64,000 nucleotides of DNA from an uncultured Bacilli bacterium (lineage in GTDB: Bacteria > Bacillota_I > Bacilli_A > RF39 > UBA660). The stretch is taken from NCBI GenBank assembly GCA_934096265.1, contig CAKOLI010000001.1:77512-141511 (forward strand), in the 5' to 3' direction. The notes beneath the pieces are model-generated. The model ran no database searches. It was not told where the DNA came from and saw nothing but the letters and a program-made list of their open reading frames with translations. The translations under genes were made by a program, and so were the position numbers. This document shows, piece by piece, positions 32,564 to 40,285 of the stretch; positions within the stretch are counted from its first letter, which is position 1, and each line of letters begins with the position of its first letter.

Positions 32564-33849
32564 ATGAATTTAAATTATGCAATATTTAGAAGTCAACCAA
32601 TCATGACTATAAATAATTTGGCTGGAATAGGTTCTCATAACAAAAGAGAAAAACAGTCATATAAATCTAATCCAGATATTAAAAAAGAAATATCTAGTAA
32701 TAATATGGAATTAGTACCTCTAACATAAAAATATGTTAGAGGTTTTTATAATAAGACAATCGACTATAAAAAAGAATTTGAAGAAAGAATGAAAACAGAG
32801 AGGGAAGATGGGAAAAGAACATTTAGAGAAATGTTAGATAAAAGCAAAAATGTAGTTGCGGATGAACTTTTATTTACTGCAACTAATACTTTCTTTAAAG
32901 ATATGACAAGAGAAGATATAAAAGTTTGGGCTGATACTTGTATAGACTTTGTCTATAATGATTTAGGTTATACGAAATATCAGATATTACATGCAACAAT
33001 ATACTTGGATGAGAAAACTCCACATATTCATTGTGTATTAATCCCAATTGCAAAAAAGTTAGATAAAAGGAGTAATTCTGAAAGATATGCTATTTCAAAG
33101 AAACAATATATTAAAGACAAAAATCATTTATCCGAGTTGCAAGATAAGTATCATAAGAGATTAATTGGTAAAGGATATGATTTAGAAAGAGGAATTAAAA
33201 ATTCTGATAATGAAAATATTAATATAAAAGAGTTCAAAAAGATAACTAGAAAATTAAATAATGAACTAAATGTTAAAAATGAAAGATTAAATAAATCGCT
33301 CGAGGCTTTTAATGAGAAAATGAAAACACTTGTTAAATAAAGAGTATGTAAAAATAAAGAAAGATACTTTTGATAGTATGAACAATGTTATCAAAGAGTC
33401 TAAAAAAGTTATGGATATGCAACCTAAGTTAAATTATAGTTATAAAGAAATAGATTATTGCTCTTATAGTTATAGAAGTATAGAAAGACAGAAAAATAAT
33501 TTAGAAAATGAGATAGAATATTTGCAGTATAAGAATGAAAAGTTGGAAAATGAAAATAGAACTTTAAAAAACAAAAAAAAGCTATTTTAAAGGCAATAAA
33601 AACGTTTTTTAGACAGATACTATTATATTTGGTAATGATAAGGCAAAAGAAGCAACTACTAACGAAATAATAGCACATTATGATAATAAAAACTTTACTA
33701 GAAAAGATGTAGTTAATATATCATTAGATACTACAAAGGAAGATGAGTTATTTAATTATGTTGGAGTTGAAAAAGAATATGTTCGAATGAAACATTCGGA
33801 ATTAGATTATGATAGTAAGGGAAAAGATGATTTTGAATTAAGTAGATAA
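32564..33849 (+). pseudogene. MobV (Mob_Pre, pMV158 MobM-like) relaxase, decayed
   Basis: N-terminus MNLNYAIFRSQPIMTINNLAGIGSHNKRE. In-frame TAA at 32726-32728. Metal motif HATIYLDEKTPHIHCVLIP (HxDE...PHxH). Frame changes near 33330 and 33590 (track ORFs 32789..33340 and 33330..33590). Confidence 0.7.
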
Positions 33850-33884
33850 ATGTTAAAATAGTCAACATTTATTTAAAAAATCTA

Positions 33885-33912
33885 TTGACAAATATTAAAA
33901 GTATGCTAAAAT
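33885..33912 (+). promoter_or_regulatory. strong sigma-A promoter of the island operon
   Basis: TTGACA (33885-33890), 16 nt, TGCTAAAAT extended -10 (33904-33912). Confidence 0.7.
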
Positions 33913-33942
33913 ATAATTTAATTAATTTGAGGAGGAGACCGC

Positions 33943-34089
33943 ATGAAAAAAGATTCTGTAATGGAATTATTAGATTTAATCAAAAAAATCAGTGCTAGGA
34001 ATAAATATTATACTAACATTATTTACTCATGTTCTCTTTTAGACATAATTAGTAATAAGATAATAACGGTGACCAAAATTACATTATAA
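33943..34089 (+). CDS. 48-codon leader or small ORF
   Basis: GAGGAGG SD 7 nt before the ATG. Reads MKKDSVMELLDLIKKISARNKYYTNIIYSCSLLDIISNKIITVTKITL. Its stop codon lies inside the loop of the downstream terminator hairpin. Confidence 0.4.
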   Translation: MKKDSVMELLDLIKKISARNKYYTNIIYSCSLLDIISNKIITVTKITL

Positions 34090-34120
34090 TATAGTGTTTT
34101 TTGGCACCGATTATTTTTTT
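34067..34120 (+). terminator. intrinsic terminator/attenuator between the promoter and the RSH gene
   Basis: CGGTGACCAAAA (34067-34078) pairs with TTTTTTGGCACCG (34097-34109), giving 11 bp with one bulge. ATTATTTTTTT follows. Confidence 0.6.
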
Positions 34121-34137
34121 ATTTAGGAGGTGTTTTA

Positions 34138-35577
34138 GTGAATAATATTACGTTACAAGATTTACTAGAAAAATTAAAGGAATACAATCCAGATGAAATA
34201 GAGATTGTAAAAAAAGCTTATAATTATGCTGATAATTTACATTCTGGGCAAATGAGACAAAGTGGCGAACCATATATTAGTCATCCATTAAATGTTGCAT
34301 ATATTTTGGCAGATATGCATGCAGATAGAGATACAATATGTGCTGGTCTTTTACATGATACATTAGAAGATACTAACATCACAAAAGAGGATATCGCTCA
34401 TGATTTTAATCAAAATGTTGCCAATTTAGTTGATGGTGTAACAAAATTATCAAAAATGAATTTTTCTTCTAAACAAGATCAAAATTATGCAAATACAAGA
34501 AAAATAATAACAGGTATAACGGAAGATGTAAGAATAATTATAATTAAATTGGCTGATAGACTTCATAACATGAGAACATTACAATTTAAATCGGAATTTA
34601 AGCAAAAAGAAAATGCACTTGAAACTATGGAAATATTTGTTCCACTTGCTTATTATATAGGTGCTTATAGAATAAAATCAGAGTTAGAGGATTTATCATT
34701 ACAATATCTTAAACCGGATATGTATAAAAAAATAACTGAGAGAAAAATGAGATTGGAAGAATCAAGTGATGAGTGTTTAAAAGAAATGCTATATAAGATT
34801 GAAGCATTGCTAAATGCTAAAAATATACCAAATGAGATAAAGATAAGGACAAAGAATATTTATGGCATATACAAAAGACTAAATGAAGGTCATAAATTAT
34901 CTGATATTCATGATTTGTTAGCACTTAAAATAATGGTTGATGAAGTGGCGAATTGCTATTATACATTGGGGATGATTCATAAAGAATATCATCCAATAAA
35001 TGATAAATTCAAAGATTATATCTGTAATCCAAAAACAAACATGTATCAAAGCTTACATACAACTGTATTTGGACCTGATGATAGATTAGTTCAAACTCAA
35101 ATAAGAACATTTGATATGGATAAAGTAGCATCATTTGGATTGACAGCATATTGGGATGAACAAAAAGGAAAAGCAAGGGATGTAATGCAAGAGGATTTGA
35201 AACAAAAATTTCAATTCTTTAAATCACTAACTGAAATAAATTCTATGTTTGGTGATAACCAACAATTTGTTAATCAAGTAAAGACTGAACTATTTGCTGA
35301 TAGAGTTTACGTTTATACGACAAAAGGTGACATAATAGAATTACCTAAAGGAGCTACACCAATAGATTTTGCATATAAGATACATACTGATATAGGAAAT
35401 ACAATGGTTGGAGTATTTGTAAATGACGAATTTGTGCCAATTGATTATGTGTTGAAAAATAAGGATAGAGTTAGAATTGTTACTGATGAATTATCTTTTG
35501 GCCCTAGAGAAGATTGGATAGATAAAGCTCAAACGAGCTTAGCTAAAAGAAAAATAAGGGATTTTAATAAAAAGTAA
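34138..35577 (+). CDS. truncated long RelA/SpoT homologue (HD hydrolase + synthetase-like + TGS; no C-terminal regulatory domains)
   Basis: HD motifs GQMRQSGEPYISHP, LHDTLEDT and KLADRLHNMRT are intact. The synthetase region has RTKNIYGIYKRL, DLLALKIMV, NPKTNMYQSLHTTV and VQTQIRT (Gln where canonical ExQIRT has Glu). TGS segment VYVYTTKGDIIELPKGATPIDFAY. GTG start after AGGAGG. Confidence 0.85.
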   Translation: MNNITLQDLLEKLKEYNPDEIEIVKKAYNYADNLHSGQMRQSGEPYISHPLNVAYILADMHADRDTICAGLLHDTLEDTNITKEDIAHDFNQNVANLVDGVTKLSKMNFSSKQDQNYANTRKIITGITEDVRIIIIKLADRLHNMRTLQFKSEFKQKENALETMEIFVPLAYYIGAYRIKSELEDLSLQYLKPDMYKKITERKMRLEESSDECLKEMLYKIEALLNAKNIPNEIKIRTKNIYGIYKRLNEGHKLSDIHDLLALKIMVDEVANCYYTLGMIHKEYHPINDKFKDYICNPKTNMYQSLHTTVFGPDDRLVQTQIRTFDMDKVASFGLTAYWDEQKGKARDVMQEDLKQKFQFFKSLTEINSMFGDNQQFVNQVKTELFADRVYVYTTKGDIIELPKGATPIDFAYKIHTDIGNTMVGVFVNDEFVPIDYVLKNKDRVRIVTDELSFGPREDWIDKAQTSLAKRKIRDFNKK

Positions 35578-35586
35578 GGAGGAAGT

Positions 35587-36447
35587 ATGAATAATAATAT
35601 TATAATGGCTATTGCTGAAGAAATTTCTGCATTAATTCCAGATTGTTGTGGAGTTACTTTGGGTGGCTCTAGAATGAATGAATTAGAAGATGAAAAATCA
35701 GATGTAGAAATGTATTTTTATACACATAAAGGAGCACCTTCAGTAGATAGCATAACAAAAGCGTTATCAAAATTTAATGCACAACATAAAAGAACTGATA
35801 CTTTTTTATGGGAAAATGATATGCCATGGGGACCACATTCTTTCTTTGTAATTGACGGTTTATATTTTGAAATTGGATATAGGAACATTGATAATATTAA
35901 AAATAGAATTATTTTTTACGAAGAAGGAAATGTTGCTCCTATTCAAGATTGCCATGACTTAGGATTAGGTTATATGCCTAGTGGATTAGCAGCGTCAGTA
36001 GCTTCTGAAAAAATTTTAATTAAAGAGTCAAGGGAATTGTTAGAATTAAAAGAAGTGGCTATGTCATTTTCAAAAAAATTGTTTTTTGATTTAAAAGAAG
36101 AATATTTTGAAACAGCAAGATCATTGATAGATGGTAAACTTTTATCAGCGACTGAAAGAGCAGATATTTTCTTATATGAATCAATATCTGGAAGAATAAT
36201 TAGATGCTTGATGGTAATGGCTTTTGCAATGGGAAATAAACACTTTCCAGGGGATAAGTGGAATGAGGTGCTATTATTAAGAACCGATTGGAAAAATAAA
36301 GAAGAATTTTTAAATTTGTTAAAAGAACATTTACTATTTAAAGCAACAACAAAAGAAGAATTTATTAATAAAAGAAATATTTTGTATAAAGCATTTAAAT
36401 TAATTGAAATGGATACAGCTGAGGTGGATAATGGGGAAATTATATAA
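35587..36447 (+). CDS. Pol-beta-superfamily nucleotidyltransferase (DUF4037-like architecture)
   Basis: LGGSRMNELEDEKSDVEMYFY fits the hG[GS]x9-13Dh[DE]h NTase signature. A helical C-terminal domain follows. Confidence 0.65.
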   Translation: MNNNIIMAIAEEISALIPDCCGVTLGGSRMNELEDEKSDVEMYFYTHKGAPSVDSITKALSKFNAQHKRTDTFLWENDMPWGPHSFFVIDGLYFEIGYRNIDNIKNRIIFYEEGNVAPIQDCHDLGLGYMPSGLAASVASEKILIKESRELLELKEVAMSFSKKLFFDLKEEYFETARSLIDGKLLSATERADIFLYESISGRIIRCLMVMAFAMGNKHFPGDKWNEVLLLRTDWKNKEEFLNLLKEHLLFKATTKEEFINKRNILYKAFKLIEMDTAEVDNGEII

Positions 36448-37447
36448 TAATTCATTGTCTTTTGTAAATGATTGGAAAGAACCAACAAATGACGATATAA
36501 TGAAAAGCAGGTTAGAATCAAAGAAAATTAGTGTGGTAATACCTGTCTATCATCCTAGATATTTAAAAGAAGTATTAATGCATTTGTCTAAATTAGGATT
36601 TATTTATGAAGTAATTACAGTTTTTGATAGTCATGATGATAATTCTAATTTAATTATAGATGATTATAAATTTAAATTACTTATAGTTCAACATGACAAA
36701 AATCGTAATGCACCTGCTGCTAATAATACAGGAGCTACTTATGCTACAGGAGATATTATTTTATTTTTAGATCAGGATATGATTTTATCACCTAAATTTA
36801 TATCTAATGCATTAAATTTATTATATGTAAATCAATATAAAGGTCTGGTAGTTGGCTTTAGGGATACAGTGAATTATGAAAATGTTCCTGATTTATTAAA
36901 TTGGAAAGAATCTTCTTATTCTAATGATTGGAGAATTAAAACACTTATTAGTGATGAATATTTAGATTTAACTGTTTCTAATTGTGGGACTTCATCTAAT
37001 AATTGTAATACAGGAAAAATCTTAGAAATTTATAAGCAAAGTAATAAGTTTAGAAATTTAGGTATAAAAAAAGAATCGACTATTGGATTTTGGGATTTGG
37101 CTTGTATGGTAATATCACATACATTAGCAATTCCAAGACAAGAATTTATTGATATAGGTGGATTCCCAGAATGGATTATTGGTTGGGGTGGAGAAGATAT
37201 TGCACTTGGTTTCTTAGCAGTGTCAAAACATCTCTTTGTCATCCCAGTAGAAGTTGGCTCATATCATATAAAACATGATCCACATAGTGGTAGCGAAGAA
37301 AAAAAATGGCAAGAAATGCGTGAAAACTTAAAAAAATATAAATCTTGGACTTTGTCAATAGATGAATTTCAACCTATAGCTGAAAATGCAATCAAAAAAA
37401 GAGCAAAAATTTTATTTGATTCTTCAAAAAATAAATTTTATGAATAA
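36431..37447 (+). CDS. GT-A fold glycosyltransferase (family 2-like with WGGED C-terminal motif)
   Basis: ISVVIPVYH..., GDIILFLDQDMIL (DxD) and GWGGEDIALGF. The ATG at 36431 after GAGGTGG overlaps the upstream stop. Confidence 0.8.
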   Translation: MGKLYNNSLSFVNDWKEPTNDDIMKSRLESKKISVVIPVYHPRYLKEVLMHLSKLGFIYEVITVFDSHDDNSNLIIDDYKFKLLIVQHDKNRNAPAANNTGATYATGDIILFLDQDMILSPKFISNALNLLYVNQYKGLVVGFRDTVNYENVPDLLNWKESSYSNDWRIKTLISDEYLDLTVSNCGTSSNNCNTGKILEIYKQSNKFRNLGIKKESTIGFWDLACMVISHTLAIPRQEFIDIGGFPEWIIGWGGEDIALGFLAVSKHLFVIPVEVGSYHIKHDPHSGSEEKKWQEMRENLKKYKSWTLSIDEFQPIAENAIKKRAKILFDSSKNKFYE

Positions 37448-37463
37448 AGGAATGATTTAAATT

Positions 37464-38381
37464 ATGGAAAAAGAATTATTATTTCAACATATAATAAATG
37501 ATTATGATATAAAAGGAAAAATATCTTCATCTAAGATAAATTCATTTGAACAATATCCTCATATTTTTAGACTAAAATCCAATAATCGTTCTTTCTTTAT
37601 AAAACAAGTAGAAAAAAATAGAATTAATTGTGAAGATCTTAATGTATTATATTCAGATTTAACAAATATAACTTGTATTGAAAAACCTATTCTTACAAAA
37701 GAAAAAAAATATGTATCACTATTTGCTGATAAAATAATTCTTTTATATGAAGAATTAGAACAAATAGAAAAAAATCCAGATTCAATATGGTGGTCTAAAT
37801 GTTTAAGTAATATTCATAATATATGTGTAAATAACAGATATATGGCTTATTTTCAAAATAATTTTTATAAACAAACAATCGATTTACTGAATAGTGCTAA
37901 AAAATTTATGGAGCCTGAAATAGAAGAAAAAATTATAAAATTACTAATGGAATTAGATGATAAATGTTTAGAACTTAACAAAAATATAGTCTTATGTCAT
38001 AATGATCCTTATGATCTTAATGTAATGGCTATTAATGGTGAATATAGATTAATTGATACAGATGGAATGGGACTATCTCCAAAAGAGTATGATATTCAAA
38101 GATTAATGTGGAATCATTTAATTAATTCAAATGAAGTAGATAATTCGCTTTCTTTTTGGTGTTCATTTAAAGATAATTATGAATTAAATGTAATTGAAAA
38201 AATAGATACTAATTTATTAAAACAATTATATATTTTAGATTTAATAAGAACAACTTCTTGGTTGTACATTGTTTGTAATGATTTAACAAGGAAAGATATA
38301 GAAAGACAAAAAGAACAATTAAACTTATTTGAAAGAAGCTTTTACAATGATAATCACGCAAAAATTCTAAAAAAAATATAA
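37464..38381 (+). CDS. APH/choline-kinase/CotS-family phosphotransferase
   Basis: Brenner motif VLCHNDPYDLNV (HxDxxxxN) followed by LIDTDG. Confidence 0.75.
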   Translation: MEKELLFQHIINDYDIKGKISSSKINSFEQYPHIFRLKSNNRSFFIKQVEKNRINCEDLNVLYSDLTNITCIEKPILTKEKKYVSLFADKIILLYEELEQIEKNPDSIWWSKCLSNIHNICVNNRYMAYFQNNFYKQTIDLLNSAKKFMEPEIEEKIIKLLMELDDKCLELNKNIVLCHNDPYDLNVMAINGEYRLIDTDGMGLSPKEYDIQRLMWNHLINSNEVDNSLSFWCSFKDNYELNVIEKIDTNLLKQLYILDLIRTTSWLYIVCNDLTRKDIERQKEQLNLFERSFYNDNHAKILKKI

Positions 38382-38394
38382 CGGGGTCTTTAGT

Positions 38395-39273
38395 ATGAAA
38401 GGAATAATATTAGCTGGAGGGAAAGGTACACGGCTTTATCCTTCTACAATTGCTGTGTCAAAACAATTATTACCAGTTTATGATAAACCAATGATTTATT
38501 ATCCGTTATCAGTTTTGCTTATGCTTGAAATAAAAGATATTTTAATAATTTCAACAAAAAAAGATATAACTAATTATAGATATTTACTGGGAGACGGGAA
38601 AAAACTCGGTATTAATATCTCATATAGTGTTCAAAAGGAAGCAAGAGGAATAGTTGATGCATTTATTATAGGTAAACAATTTATTGGAAAAGATAATGTG
38701 TGTTTAATCTTGGGGGATAATATATTTTATGGTGATGATTTATCAAAAATTTTAAATAAGGCAAAAATAGAAAATGAAGGAGCAACTATATTTGGTTATC
38801 GTGTAAAAAAACCAGAAAATTTTGGAGTTGTTCAATTAGATGCAAGTGGTAAAGTAGTATCAATAGAGGAAAAACCAAAAAATCCTCAATCAAATTATGC
38901 TATTCCAGGGTTATATTTTTATAATAATGATGTAATAAAAATTTCAAAGCAGATTGAAATGTCTGAAAGAAAAGAACTTGAAATTACATCACTTAATAAT
39001 GAATATTTGAAAAATAATAATTTAAAAATTCAAATATTGGATGAGGATAATTTTTGGATTGATGCTGGAACTTCAAATAATTTATTAGAAGTATCAAATT
39101 TTGTTAAAAATTTTCAATTAAAACAAAAAAAGTATATAGCTTGTATTGAAGAAATCTCGTGGAAAAATGGATTTATAAATAATAAACAACTAAAAAAAGA
39201 AGCGGAGAAATTAAGTTGCACAGATTATGGTAAATATATATTTTCAATTTTGGGAGACGATAGTAGTGAGTAA
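38395..39273 (+). CDS. rfbA: glucose-1-phosphate thymidylyltransferase
   Basis: MKGIILAGGKGTRLYPSTIAVSKQLLPVYDKPMIYYPLS is a near-textbook RmlA N-terminus. Confidence 0.92.
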   Translation: MKGIILAGGKGTRLYPSTIAVSKQLLPVYDKPMIYYPLSVLLMLEIKDILIISTKKDITNYRYLLGDGKKLGINISYSVQKEARGIVDAFIIGKQFIGKDNVCLILGDNIFYGDDLSKILNKAKIENEGATIFGYRVKKPENFGVVQLDASGKVVSIEEKPKNPQSNYAIPGLYFYNNDVIKISKQIEMSERKELEITSLNNEYLKNNNLKIQILDEDNFWIDAGTSNNLLEVSNFVKNFQLKQKKYIACIEEISWKNGFINNKQLKKEAEKLSCTDYGKYIFSILGDDSSE

Positions 39274-40285
39274 ATTTTTAATAACAGGTGGAGCTGGATT
39301 TATAGGAACTAATTTTTTACATTATGCAGTAAATAAATATCCAACAGATTTTTTTGTCTGTGTAGATTCATTAACATATGCTGGAAATTATAATAATATA
39401 AAGGAATTAGAAACAAAAGAAAATTATAAATTTTATAAAATTGATATAAGAAATCAGGAAGATATATTAGAATTATTTATAAGTGAAAAATTTGATTATG
39501 TTATTAATTTCGCAGCTGAATCTCATGTTGATAATTCTATAAAAAATCCTAATATATTTGCTGAAACAAATATATTAGGTACTATGACTTTGCTTAATGC
39601 AACAAGACATATGAATGAAAATACTGAATATCATATTCAAAGATTCCATCAAGTGTCAACAGACGAAGTATATGGTGATTTACCACTTAATAGATTAGAT
39701 TTAAAATTCAATGAAAATAGTAAAATTATAACATCTAGTCCATATTCAGCATCTAAGGCAGGAGCAGATTTACAATTGCTAGCTTATTTTAAAACATATA
39801 ATTTGCCAATAACAATTTCTAGATGTTCAAATAATTACGGTCCATATCAACATCCAGAAAAGTTAATTCCATTAGTAATAAAGAATGCTATCAACAATAA
39901 AAATATACCTGTTTATGGAACAGGTGCTAATATAAGAGATTGGATACATGTGTATGATCATAATGTGGCGATTGATTTAATTGTTAGAAACGGAAAAAAT
40001 GGTGAAATATACAATATAGGTGGTAACACTGAAAAAAACAATTTAGAAGTTGTAAAAACAATTTTAAAATATTTAAATAAAAATGAAAATTTAATTACTT
40101 TTGTTAAAGATAGACCAGGACATGATAAAAGATATGCTATGAATACAACTAAAATTGAAGAAAAACTTGGATGGAAATGCAAATATAATTTTGAAGATGG
40201 TATTAATGAAACAATTGAGTGGTATTGTAATAATCTTAATTGGTTAAATAATTTTAAAATGGAGAAATGCAATGAAGAAAAATAA
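39266..40285 (+). CDS. rfbB: dTDP-glucose 4,6-dehydratase
   Basis: ITGGAGFIGTNF Rossmann motif, SPYSASKAGADL (YxxxK) and STDEVYGD. GTG at 39266 overlaps the rfbA stop. Confidence 0.9.
   Translation: MSKFLITGGAGFIGTNFLHYAVNKYPTDFFVCVDSLTYAGNYNNIKELETKENYKFYKIDIRNQEDILELFISEKFDYVINFAAESHVDNSIKNPNIFAETNILGTMTLLNATRHMNENTEYHIQRFHQVSTDEVYGDLPLNRLDLKFNENSKIITSSPYSASKAGADLQLLAYFKTYNLPITISRCSNNYGPYQHPEKLIPLVIKNAINNKNIPVYGTGANIRDWIHVYDHNVAIDLIVRNGKNGEIYNIGGNTEKNNLEVVKTILKYLNKNENLITFVKDRPGHDKRYAMNTTKIEEKLGWKCKYNFEDGINETIEWYCNNLNWLNNFKMEKCNEEK

Noticed and set aside
38395-40285. Calling the island sugar genes a dTDP-rhamnose (rfbABCD) pathway.
   Set aside because: Only rfbA and rfbB are present. rfbC and rfbD are absent and a DegT aminotransferase follows, so the product is more likely an amino-dideoxyhexose.
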